The notes beneath the pieces are model-generated. The model made no database searches. It worked only from the letters and a program-made list of their open reading frames with translations, and was not told the origin of the DNA. A stretch of DNA of 64,000 nucleotides, from positions 1,930 to 65,929 of the forward strand of contig JAFXYF010000014.1 of assembly GCA_017541885.1 (NCBI GenBank), given 5' to 3'. Both the position numbers and the translations under genes were made by a program. Every line of letters starts with the position of its first letter. Positions within the stretch are counted from its first letter, which is position 1. Below, piece after piece: positions 8,608 through 17,481 of this stretch. Origin of the DNA: Bacilli bacterium (GTDB taxonomy: Bacteria > Bacillota_I > Bacilli_A > RF39 > UBA660).

Positions 8608-10827
8608 GTGGAAAGAAAATTATTAAAAGTAGCTAGTATTCTATATGGAATTACTGGTGTATTATTCTTAGAGTTTCCAGTGTATGGAGTATTTCTAATA
8701 CTATTAGGAATATATTTTTATACTCAATCAGAAGAATCTAATGAAAAACTATATAAAAATAGAGTAATTAATATTATTTTTGCAGCATTAGGATTGGTAA
8801 ACTTATTAGGATCAATCTTAGTATTTGTCGTAGAAGATAATATTATAAAAGAAAAAAGAATTAATAGTCATGGTATAAATGCACCACCAAAAGTAGTGTA
8901 TAAAGTAGATAAAGAAGCAAAGAAAATAGATATTCTTCTAAAAATTGGAGTATTTATGGTATTTGTATCTGGAATACTTTTTGCTACTACATCATGGAGT
9001 TTTATAAATGATATAGTAAAAGCAATTGCTTTATTAGTATTTGGTTTCTTATTCTTAGGATTATCATTATTTACAGAAAAGAAATTAAAACTATATCGTT
9101 CATCTTATATGTATTGGTTACTAAGTATTTCTTTATTTGTATTAACAATAGTAGGAATTCTTTATTTCGGAATATTTGGAGATTATTTAACTTATAGTGG
9201 AGCAGGATCTAATCTTGCTTATGCAATTACATTCTTAACAGGAGCAGCATTTGCTTTAACAACATATTATAAGTTCCCTAAAAAATATTTATTATATGCA
9301 AGTTATGGAGGAATAATAATTTCTTTAGGATTCCTATTCCAATATTTAAATCTAAATGAAATGACAGTTCTAGCAATAGTATCATTTATTGTTTTATTAA
9401 CAAATATTATTGATAATAGAAAAGATAAGATATCTGTATTTAGTAGAATAGTTTCATACATTTTATTAGCATTTATGTTTAGAGCAGGAACTTATGGATC
9501 ATTTGATTTAATAGCTGTAATGTTAATAAACATATTTAATCTAAACTTCTTAATAATGATAGATGATAAAAAAGAATTATCAGTTATTAATGTAATTCTA
9601 ACTTATATAGTAATTATATTTGGGGCATCTCAAATAAATATGTTTGGAGATTATATTTATTTAATAACAGCCCTAATCACAACAATTTATACATTATTAA
9701 TTAATGGTAAAGTTATTAAAACTAATAAATTTACAGAAAGATTAAATTATATTATCTATACTATAATTGCATTAACTCTAATAATTTCAATGACAGATAG
9801 TACACAAGCATTATTAATAATGAGTATTATAATAGCTTTATTACAATTAGGAGTTAATACTATTATTAAGAGAGGTTTATGGAGAGTAGAAAAGTGGAAA
9901 GCTGCAAACTTTATTCAACCACTATTAGTATTAAATATAATTGATTTAGTATTAATCTATTTAGACGAACCAATTTCAGGTATATATGAAGTAGCATTAA
10001 TGGCTGCAGTATATACATTAATGAATTTAATATATCGTAATAAGTTAGATAAGAAAGTAACTCATGTTTACTTATTCATTACATTACTAATTGGTCTATG
10101 CTTTAGATTACATTATGAAGATGTCTATGCTTGTCTAATTCTTATCTTAACAGGATTATATTTCTTTACTACAACGTATTTAGAAGATAATGAAAAAGTA
10201 TGGAATCAAATTAAATTAAATATAAATTATCTAGTATTACTTTCAACAATCTATGTACCATTTGTTTATCATAATATTCTAGAATTACATATTATGATTC
10301 CAACACTAATATTTATAGTATTAGTATTTGTAATTGCTCCATTATTAAAGAATGAATGGATTAAGAAATTATCATATTTATATATAATTCTTCCATTAAC
10401 AGTATTAATTGAAAACTCTGGAACATCTTATCCAGTAGTCGCAGTTCTAGAAAGTTTTACAGGATTATATATCTTATTCTTATTATTAAAATTCTTTATT
10501 AAGAATGATATTGCAAGAAATATAATTACAATCTTAGGTATAATTTTCTACTGTTTTGAACCATTCTTTGTAGAAGATGTTATTTGTGGAGTATATTTAG
10601 GTATTGTTGGTATTATTCTATTAATCTATGGTGTAAGAAAAGATAAAAGCTTACCAATATTTATTACAGGTATAGTTTTAACAATAATTAATATTCTATA
10701 TAGATTAAGAGATGTCTGGAAACAAATTCCTTTCTGGTTATATCTATTAGCTGGAGGATTATTCATAATAGGATTTGTAACATATAGAGAAATTAAAAGA
10801 CAAAAAGAAAAAGAGTCTAATAAATAG
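8608..10827 (+). CDS. Large polytopic membrane protein (about 20 or more TM helices), function unknown
   Basis: 739-aa ORF that is almost entirely hydrophobic. GTG start preceded by AGAGAG. A terminator follows. Confidence 0.6.
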   Translation: MERKLLKVASILYGITGVLFLEFPVYGVFLILLGIYFYTQSEESNEKLYKNRVINIIFAALGLVNLLGSILVFVVEDNIIKEKRINSHGINAPPKVVYKVDKEAKKIDILLKIGVFMVFVSGILFATTSWSFINDIVKAIALLVFGFLFLGLSLFTEKKLKLYRSSYMYWLLSISLFVLTIVGILYFGIFGDYLTYSGAGSNLAYAITFLTGAAFALTTYYKFPKKYLLYASYGGIIISLGFLFQYLNLNEMTVLAIVSFIVLLTNIIDNRKDKISVFSRIVSYILLAFMFRAGTYGSFDLIAVMLINIFNLNFLIMIDDKKELSVINVILTYIVIIFGASQINMFGDYIYLITALITTIYTLLINGKVIKTNKFTERLNYIIYTIIALTLIISMTDSTQALLIMSIIIALLQLGVNTIIKRGLWRVEKWKAANFIQPLLVLNIIDLVLIYLDEPISGIYEVALMAAVYTLMNLIYRNKLDKKVTHVYLFITLLIGLCFRLHYEDVYACLILILTGLYFFTTTYLEDNEKVWNQIKLNINYLVLLSTIYVPFVYHNILELHIMIPTLIFIVLVFVIAPLLKNEWIKKLSYLYIILPLTVLIENSGTSYPVVAVLESFTGLYILFLLLKFFIKNDIARNIITILGIIFYCFEPFFVEDVICGVYLGIVGIILLIYGVRKDKSLPIFITGIVLTIINILYRLRDVWKQIPFWLYLLAGGLFIIGFVTYREIKRQKEKESNK

Positions 10828-10839
10828 ACTCTTTTTTTT
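10812..10839 (+). terminator. Intrinsic terminator
   Basis: Stem AGAGTCTA/TAGACTCT followed by T8. Confidence 0.75.
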
Positions 10840-10885
10840 GACAAATTAATACTAAAAAATATTGTATATCATAATAGGTGATAAT

Positions 10886-11251
10886 GTGAATAAAAAAGTA
10901 TTATTTGGAATTCTTACTCTTTTAATTTGCTTATTTTTATATAGAGATTATATTCCTAAATCAAATAACACAGAAAACATGTTTTATTTCTTAGAAGAAA
11001 AAAATAATAATAATTTTGTCTTTGTAGGAATAACTAAAGATTTAGAAGTAGCAGAAAGATTAATGAATATTTATGAAAAAGAAAATATTAAATTAGATTT
11101 AAAAGAAGTATATTTAAGAAGTGAAGAGTTAAAAATAAATATAGAGCAGTTTGATTTATTAAGTAAAAAAGCCTTAACAAAAGAAGAATTATTAAAAATA
11201 CAAGAAGTAGTTTGTGCAAGTTATGAGGAAGTTATAAAAAAAGGAGAATAA
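10886..11251 (+). CDS. Small N-terminally membrane-anchored protein, unknown function
   Basis: TAGGTGA RBS before the GTG at 10886. N-terminal TM segment VLFGILTLLICLFLY. Confidence 0.45.
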   Translation: MNKKVLFGILTLLICLFLYRDYIPKSNNTENMFYFLEEKNNNNFVFVGITKDLEVAERLMNIYEKENIKLDLKEVYLRSEELKINIEQFDLLSKKALTKEELLKIQEVVCASYEEVIKKGE

Positions 11252-11267
11252 TATTAAAGGGGAGTAC

Positions 11268-11951
11268 ATGAGTAATTATAAAATAAAAGAGATTCCTATA
11301 TCTGATAGACCTCGAGAAAGATTAAAAGAAGTAGGTGTAGAAAATCTGACAGATATTGAATTATTATCGATAATATTAAAGACAGGTCTAAAGAATAAAA
11401 ATGTAAAAGATCTAGCAATTGAATGTTTAAATAATTATTCTCTAAAAGATTTAAAAGATATTTCTATTTATGAACTTATGAAAATAAAAGGAATAGGTGA
11501 AGTAAAAGCAATTGAATTAGTCTCATCTATAGAATTAGGTAAAAGAGTTCTATTAAAAGAAAATAAAACTATTAAGTTAGATAATCCAAATAGTATTTGG
11601 AAAGATGCTAGAAGTATTTTAAATGGTAAAAAACAAGAATATTTCTATGCCTATTATTTCAATTCTAAACAAGAATTAATAGAAAGAAAGCAATTATTTA
11701 TAGGTACAATAAACTCATCAACTACACATACAAGAGAAGTTTTTAAAGAAGCATATAAAGTATCCGCAACAAGTATTGTTTGTCTACACAATCATCCATC
11801 TAATGATGTAACTCCAAGTAAAGCAGATATTCTATTTACAAATTCTTTAGTTGAAACAGGTAAGATTCAAGGAATCCCAGTAGTAGATCATATTATAGTA
11901 GGAGAAAAGAATTATTATAGTTTTTATGAACATAATAAACTGAGTAATTGA
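11268..11951 (+). CDS. radC: RadC-family JAB-domain protein
   Basis: HhH-like N-terminus (LSDIELLSIILKTG-type) and JAMM motif HNHPSNDVTPSKADI. Conserved position upstream of mreC. Confidence 0.9.
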   Translation: MSNYKIKEIPISDRPRERLKEVGVENLTDIELLSIILKTGLKNKNVKDLAIECLNNYSLKDLKDISIYELMKIKGIGEVKAIELVSSIELGKRVLLKENKTIKLDNPNSIWKDARSILNGKKQEYFYAYYFNSKQELIERKQLFIGTINSSTTHTREVFKEAYKVSATSIVCLHNHPSNDVTPSKADILFTNSLVETGKIQGIPVVDHIIVGEKNYYSFYEHNKLSN

Positions 11952-11994
11952 ATGAAATAAATATTTATCATATAATTAAATAGAGGGTGATGTT

Positions 11995-12783
11995 ATGTAT
12001 AAGAAAAAGAAACAAAATATAAAAATAACAGTAATTGTCATAATAGTCATGATTATTTTATTAACAATATCTTTATTAGGACAAGCACCCGGTAATCAAA
12101 AACATAATATTTTTAAAAATATTTCTATGACAATAAATAAAGTAGTAATGTTTCCATTTACTAGTCTAAATAAAGAAAAAGGTAAAGATCAAAGTGAAAG
12201 TTATACTATTCAAAAAAATGTTAATTCATCACTAGAAGAAGAAATAAAAGAATTAAAAGATATGTTAGAACTAAATAAAACTATGACTGAGTATGATACA
12301 GTTAATGCAACTATACTATCTAGAAATAAGAGTTATTGGTTTAATACAATAACTATAGATAAAGGTGCTAAACAAGGTATTAAAGAAAATATGGCTGTAA
12401 TAACTAAAAATGGTTTTGTAGGAAAAGTAACAAAAGTATTTAATGGTTCTAGTGAAGTTAAATTAATTACTTCAGATGATATTAATTTTAAAGTAAGTGT
12501 TGCGATAAGAACTAATGGAGTAGATCATTATGCTATTATGAATGGATATGATAAAGAAACAAATAGAATAATGATTACAGGAATAGATAAAACAACAGTA
12601 GTAAATAAAGGTGATATTGTATTAACAAGTGGATTAGGAGAATTATTCCCTGCAGGTATATATGTAGGAGAAGTAGATGAAATAAAAAGTGATAAATATA
12701 ATCTAAGTAAAATAATTTATATAAAAACAAAACAAAATTATAGTGATATGCATTATGTAACAGTATTGAAGGTGAAATCATGA
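11995..12783 (+). CDS. mreC: Rod shape-determining protein MreC
   Basis: N-terminal TM, coiled coil, then a beta-barrel region (GIKENMAVITKNGFVGKV ... GDIVLTSGLGELFPAGIYVGEV). Synteny with radC and mreD. Confidence 0.85.
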   Translation: MYKKKKQNIKITVIVIIVMIILLTISLLGQAPGNQKHNIFKNISMTINKVVMFPFTSLNKEKGKDQSESYTIQKNVNSSLEEEIKELKDMLELNKTMTEYDTVNATILSRNKSYWFNTITIDKGAKQGIKENMAVITKNGFVGKVTKVFNGSSEVKLITSDDINFKVSVAIRTNGVDHYAIMNGYDKETNRIMITGIDKTTVVNKGDIVLTSGLGELFPAGIYVGEVDEIKSDKYNLSKIIYIKTKQNYSDMHYVTVLKVKS

Positions 12784-13286
12784 TTTCATATATTATATTA
12801 GGAATATCACTTTTATTAGATGGAATACTAACAAACTTTCTTCCATACTTAGTAAATGATTTATCACTATTTACTCCATTACTAACATTAGTATCAATTA
12901 TTATTATTTATCCATTCTTTAGAAAAGATGAAATGAAATATTTTATAGTATCTTTTTTAGTAGGAGTAATCTATGATTTATTCTATACTAATCTAATATT
13001 CTTTAATGGAGTACTATTTTTTACAATAGCTTATATAAGTAGTAGAATTACAAAGAATATGACAAGAAATACTCTAAATCTTTTATTAGAAACAATAGGT
13101 ATGATTATTCTTTATGAAGCTTTAACAGGTTTAGTTTTATTCACATATCATGTTGTACCAATTACTGTATATAAAGTATGGTATAAAATAATTCATAGTT
13201 TATTATTAAATGTAATATATGTAGAAATAGTTTATTGGATATTAAAAATAATTCCAAAGAAATACAAAAAAATAAGTATCAACTAG
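12780..13286 (+). CDS. mreD: Rod shape-determining protein MreD
   Basis: 168-aa polytopic membrane protein whose start overlaps the mreC stop (ATGA). Call rests on synteny. Confidence 0.7.
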   Translation: MISYIILGISLLLDGILTNFLPYLVNDLSLFTPLLTLVSIIIIYPFFRKDEMKYFIVSFLVGVIYDLFYTNLIFFNGVLFFTIAYISSRITKNMTRNTLNLLLETIGMIILYEALTGLVLFTYHVVPITVYKVWYKIIHSLLLNVIYVEIVYWILKIIPKKYKKISIN

Positions 13287-13302
13287 AATACTTATTTTTT
13301 TT
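13271..13302 (+). terminator. Intrinsic terminator
   Basis: Stem AATAAGTAT/ATACTTATT followed by a T-run. Confidence 0.7.
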
Positions 13303-13327
13303 ATACATATAATTTATTGGTGAGAAA

Positions 13328-13855
13328 ATGGAAGAAAGATTAGTACTAAAAAAATCAGTAAAGAACTTACTCCAAAAAATATTTATAATGACAATAGGTA
13401 TATTAATAGGTATGATTCTAACTAAGAATAATGAATCACTAAAAAAAGATTTAAAGAAAGAAATTTATGAAACAAGTTATCCTATTATTGAAAGCAGAAA
13501 TATCTATGAAAAATATTTTTCATTTCTAAATAAAGAAAAAGTAAAACAAGTAAGTAATAATATATTTAGTTATATAAAGAAAGAAGATACAAAAGAAGGA
13601 GTAAAACTAACGGTAAAAGCAAATACTCCGATACCAACATTAGAAAGTGGAATCATAGTTTATCTAGAAAATAGTAGAGTGATTATAGAACAAACTGATG
13701 GAGTAAAAGCTATTTATGAAAACATAAATACTAATAATAAGAAATTATATGATTATTTAGAAAAAGGAGAGATTCTAGGAGAATCTATATCAGATACAAT
13801 AATTCTTTCATTTACTAAAAAAGGAGAATATTACGACTATAAAAAATATCTTTAA
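13328..13855 (+). CDS. SpoIVFA-like membrane protein with a degenerate M23/LytM-type domain
   Basis: N-terminal TM. The C-terminal region (GVKLTVKANTPIPTLESGIIVY...DGVKAIYENI...LEKGEILGE) has the M23 beta-fold pattern but lacks the metal-binding His residues. It lies immediately upstream of an M50 protease, as in B. subtilis spoIVFA-spoIVFB. Confidence 0.5.
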   Translation: MEERLVLKKSVKNLLQKIFIMTIGILIGMILTKNNESLKKDLKKEIYETSYPIIESRNIYEKYFSFLNKEKVKQVSNNIFSYIKKEDTKEGVKLTVKANTPIPTLESGIIVYLENSRVIIEQTDGVKAIYENINTNNKKLYDYLEKGEILGESISDTIILSFTKKGEYYDYKKYL

Positions 13856-14585
13856 AATAGATATAATTACATTTATATTTATAATTATTTATATCTTAAT
13901 AGGTGCATTTAAAGAATGTATTATAATTTATTCTTTAATAATTATTCATGAATTAGGGCATATTTTAGGTGCTTCTTTTTTTAATATAAAAGTTGACTAT
14001 ATTAAAATATATCCATTAGGCGGAATGACTAAATTTAAAATGGATATTAATACACCTTTTATAAAAGAATTAATAATACTAGTAATGGGTCCATTATTTC
14101 AAGTATTTGCATATTATTTATTAATAAATATATTTAAAGATATAGATCTAATAAAAATGTATCATCTAGGAATACTAAGTTTTAATTTGCTTCCTATTTA
14201 CCCACTAGATGGAGGTAGAATTATAAATCTATTCATAAATAAAAAATATCCTTTTTATAAATCATTAGAAATATCAATAATCATTAGTTATTTAATAATT
14301 GTTTTAATATTATTCACAAATATAAAGATAGGAATAAATATAATAATAATGGAATTATTCTTAGTACTTTTAATTCACAAAGAAGAGAAGAAAAAAGACA
14401 TATATTTTCAAAAATTTATCTTAGAAAGATATTTTAATAAATATAATTATAAAAAAAGTATAATGATTAATAGTATTAGAAAATTATATAAATATAAAAC
14501 AAATTATATAAAAATAGGTAAAATTCTATATACAGAAAAGGAATTTATAGCACTAAATTATCAAATATTTAATAAAAAATGTTGA
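13830..14585 (+). CDS. Site-2 protease, M50 family (SpoIVFB-like); start codon uncertain
   Basis: HELGH zinc motif (about 13947-13961) and the NLLPIYPLDGG motif. The frame is open from 13803. The first ATG (14025, the ORF-track start) lies downstream of HExxH, so the true start must be an upstream non-canonical codon (ATT 13830 or ATA 13839) after AAGGAG (13821-13826). Confidence 0.7.
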   Translation: MTTIKNIFKIDIITFIFIIIYILIGAFKECIIIYSLIIIHELGHILGASFFNIKVDYIKIYPLGGMTKFKMDINTPFIKELIILVMGPLFQVFAYYLLINIFKDIDLIKMYHLGILSFNLLPIYPLDGGRIINLFINKKYPFYKSLEISIIISYLIIVLILFTNIKIGINIIIMELFLVLLIHKEEKKKDIYFQKFILERYFNKYNYKKSIMINSIRKLYKYKTNYIKIGKILYTEKEFIALNYQIFNKKC

Positions 14586-14610
14586 CTTTAAAAAAATGCT
14601 TTGCTATAAT
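14582..14610 (+). promoter_or_regulatory. Consensus sigma-A promoter for tRNA-Ala
   Basis: TTGACT, 17-nt spacer, TATAAT. Confidence 0.7.
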
Positions 14611-14646
14611 CTTATTGCTGGTGTGGAAAAAACACATAAGTAATAT

Positions 14647-14722
14647 GGGGCATTAGCTCAGCTGGGAGAGCGCCACGTTTGCACCGTGGAGGTCAGCGGT
14701 TCGATCCCGCTATGCTCCACCA
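14647..14722 (+). tRNA. tRNA-Ala (anticodon UGC) with encoded CCA
   Basis: Cloverleaf folds by eye. Acceptor stem GGGGCAT/ATGCTCC contains the G3:U70 alanine identity pair. Anticodon loop TTTGCAC, T-loop GGTTCGATCC, 3' CCA. Confidence 0.95.
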
Positions 14723-14734
14723 TATAGAATTTTA

Positions 14735-14757
14735 AAAACGCTTTAAGCGTTTTTTTT
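14735..14757 (+). terminator. Intrinsic terminator after tRNA-Ala
   Basis: Hairpin AACGC...GCGTT followed by T8. Confidence 0.7.
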
Positions 14758-14833
14758 GTCAAAGAATTTGTAAATTAAAAAATTATTTAAAAAAAGTTTA
14801 GTCAAGAAATAAAAATTGTGTTATTATATTATT

Positions 14834-14941
14834 GTGGTAGACATCTTAAAGTGTAATCACAAATTCTTGGACATATGTCACGCGTTTGATCAAGAATTTA
14901 GTCTACTACGTTTTTGGAAGAGTATACTCTTCTTTTTTTTT
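14834..14941 (+). ncRNA. Candidate structured RNA or attenuating leader (unclassified) with its own intrinsic terminator
   Basis: Nested perfect helices: GTGGTAGAC (14834-14842)/GTCTACTAC (14901-14909, one G-U pair) enclose AAATTCTTG (14861-14869)/CAAGAATTT (14891-14899). The terminator GAAGAG...CTCTTC plus T9 follows (14917-14941). An extended -10-like TGTTATTAT lies just upstream. Confidence 0.4.
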
Positions 14942-15014
14942 ACTTTTTTTTAAAAAAGTGGGGGCAACTTAAAAAATACGAGAATAATATCTATGGAGGT
15001 GAGAGAAAGAAGAC

Positions 15015-17096
15015 GTGAAAGTTGTTCTGCAAGATGGTATTAAAGATTGTGGTATTTGCTGTCTCTTATCAATCATCAGGTATTATGGAGGAGAAGTACC
15101 TAAAGAGATTTTAAGAGAAATGACAAATACTACAAAAGATGGAGTATCATTATATAACTTGTTAGAAGCTTCAAATAATTTAGGATTTGAATCAATAGGT
15201 GTATCAGGTAATCTAGAAGATATAGCTCTAAATAACTTACCCTGTATAGCTCATGTTCAAGTAAAAAACAATCGTAAACATTTCATTGTAATATATGAAA
15301 TAAATAAAGAAAGTGAACAAGTAATTGTAATGGATCCTGCAAAAGGAAAAAGAAAATTATCTTTTTCTGAATTTAATTTACTATCTAGTAAATATTATTT
15401 ATTCTTAAAACCAAAAAAGAAGATTCCGATACTCAAGAAAAAAAATATAGTTTACCAAAATATAATAAAATTATTCAAAGAACACCAACAATTATTAATA
15501 GTTATTTTTCTATTAACAACAAATTATTTCATATTAAATATTATAACTTCTTTTCATTTTAAGTACCTAATAGAGTACACAATAAATAAAAATGTTTCAA
15601 ATAATCTCTTAAAACTATCAATTTCATTATTAATAATCTATTTAATGAAAAATATAATAATGACATTAAGAGATATTTTATTAAATAAATGGAGTTCTCT
15701 TTTTACACTTGAAGTAACAACATTTCTCTATCAACAAATTCTCTTGCTTCCATATCTCTATTTTAAAAATAGAACAACAGGAGAAGTAATATCTAGATTC
15801 CAAGATCTTGGAAATATTAGAGATTACTTAACAATTCTTTTTAGTACTATTACTATAGACTTAGTATCTTGTATTATCTTTTTGATATTAATGTGGAACT
15901 ATCAAAAAACAATATCTTCCCTGATTTGTATAATATTATTAGTATCTGCACTATATACAATTATTATTTCAAAAAGTAAAAAAAGAAAAATGAAAATGAT
16001 TAAACAAAAAGAAGATATTGCAAACTCTTATATAATTCAAGGAATAACTAATGTAGATACTATTAAAGGTAGTCATATTGAAAAAAGATTAATCGATAAA
16101 TTTAATTTAAACTATAAGTCTTTACAAGAAAGTATATACAACTATCTAAATTTTCATCATATTGAAAATTTTATTAAAAACAATCTACAAGATGGTATCT
16201 TTCTAATTCTTTATGGATTAGGTAGTTATTATTGTATAAGAGAGAATATGAATCTAAGCAGTTTAATTATTTATTCTTCATTTGTAAATTATTATTCAAC
16301 CAGTTTTTCAAATATTATTAATTTAATTAGTAATTATCATTCATACAATTTAACACTAGATAGAGTAGAAGAATTATTCATGTTAGATAAGGAGGAGTTT
16401 AAGCATAATTATTTCTATCTACCATATCAATTAAAAGGAGATATTTGTATCCATAATTTAAGTTACAAGATAGGAACAAAAGTAATATTAGATAATTTAA
16501 ATATAAACATAAAGCACGGAGAAAAAGTATTATTATGTGGAGATTCTGGTAGTGGTAAATCAACTCTAATGAAAATGTTAATGAGATACATTCAAATAGA
16601 TTTTGACAAAATTAAGATTGCAAACATAGATATAAATCATTATCACCTTCAAAACATAAGAAATAATATTACTTATCTATCAAGTAACGAATATCTATTT
16701 CAAGATTCAATTAAGAATAATATTTGTATGTATCAAGATTATCAAGAAGAAGATATAAAAGAAGTCTGCGATATATGTTTCGTAGATGAAATACTAAAAA
16801 GTAAAAATATAACATTAGATTCAATTATAGAAGAAAATGGATTTAACTTTAGTAATGGTGAAAGACAAAGAATTATTTTAGCTAGAAGTCTTCTTAGAAA
16901 CACTAGTATCTATATTTTAGATGAAGCTTTAGCACAAATAGATATAAATAAAGAAAAGAAAATCTTAGAAAAGTTATTTACTTATCTAAAAGATAAAACA
17001 GTTATTGTCATATCACATCGTTTTAACAATAAAAAAGTATTTGATAGAGTTTTAAAATTAGAAAAAGGAAAAATAAATGAAACAAAAAAACTATGA
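15015..17096 (+). CDS. Peptidase-C39-domain ABC exporter for double-glycine peptides (ComA/LagD/SunT type)
   Basis: N-terminal C39 motifs (QDGIKDCGICCL, KHFIVIY, VMDPAKG), a six-TM domain, Walker A GDSGSGKST, signature FSNGERQR, Walker B IYILDEA. Confidence 0.9.
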   Translation: MKVVLQDGIKDCGICCLLSIIRYYGGEVPKEILREMTNTTKDGVSLYNLLEASNNLGFESIGVSGNLEDIALNNLPCIAHVQVKNNRKHFIVIYEINKESEQVIVMDPAKGKRKLSFSEFNLLSSKYYLFLKPKKKIPILKKKNIVYQNIIKLFKEHQQLLIVIFLLTTNYFILNIITSFHFKYLIEYTINKNVSNNLLKLSISLLIIYLMKNIIMTLRDILLNKWSSLFTLEVTTFLYQQILLLPYLYFKNRTTGEVISRFQDLGNIRDYLTILFSTITIDLVSCIIFLILMWNYQKTISSLICIILLVSALYTIIISKSKKRKMKMIKQKEDIANSYIIQGITNVDTIKGSHIEKRLIDKFNLNYKSLQESIYNYLNFHHIENFIKNNLQDGIFLILYGLGSYYCIRENMNLSSLIIYSSFVNYYSTSFSNIINLISNYHSYNLTLDRVEELFMLDKEEFKHNYFYLPYQLKGDICIHNLSYKIGTKVILDNLNINIKHGEKVLLCGDSGSGKSTLMKMLMRYIQIDFDKIKIANIDINHYHLQNIRNNITYLSSNEYLFQDSIKNNICMYQDYQEEDIKEVCDICFVDEILKSKNITLDSIIEENGFNFSNGERQRIILARSLLRNTSIYILDEALAQIDINKEKKILEKLFTYLKDKTVIVISHRFNNKKVFDRVLKLEKGKINETKKL

Positions 17097-17481
17097 GAAA
17101 AAAACTCTAGTATTATTTTTGACAATATTATTATGGATCATTGAAATATGTTTTATTATCTATTTATCTAATATAAGAATAATAGAATATAAATTATTTC
17201 AAGTAATAATGATTAGTAATAAAGAAGGAGTAGTTTATTTATCTAAAGAAGATAAAAAATTATTTTATAAAAGTAGTTATTATTACTATAAAGATAAAAA
17301 ATATTACTTTGAAATTATAGATGAAAAAAAAGTAAATGATCTAATAGAAATAAAATTAAAAACATCTATCAAAAATCTAAAAGAAAATGATATTATAACA
17401 ATCTCGATAGAGAATAAAAGAATAAGTGAACTAGAAACTATTATAGATATATGGGGTGGTGATAAAAATAGTAAAGGTTGA
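17077..17481 (+). CDS. Small single-TM protein, possible minimal export accessory protein
   Basis: It overlaps the ABC gene by 20 nt. N-terminal TM LVLFLTILLWIIEICFIIYL followed by a roughly 100-aa soluble domain. Function is inferred only from position. Confidence 0.4.
   Translation: MKQKNYEKKTLVLFLTILLWIIEICFIIYLSNIRIIEYKLFQVIMISNKEGVVYLSKEDKKLFYKSSYYYYKDKKYYFEIIDEKKVNDLIEIKLKTSIKNLKENDIITISIENKRISELETIIDIWGGDKNSKG

Noticed and set aside
14870-14879. Small ORF in the tRNA-Ala to exporter intergenic region (ATG at 14875)
   Set aside because: It is only 4 codons long before a stop. The region is better explained by nested RNA helices plus a terminator.
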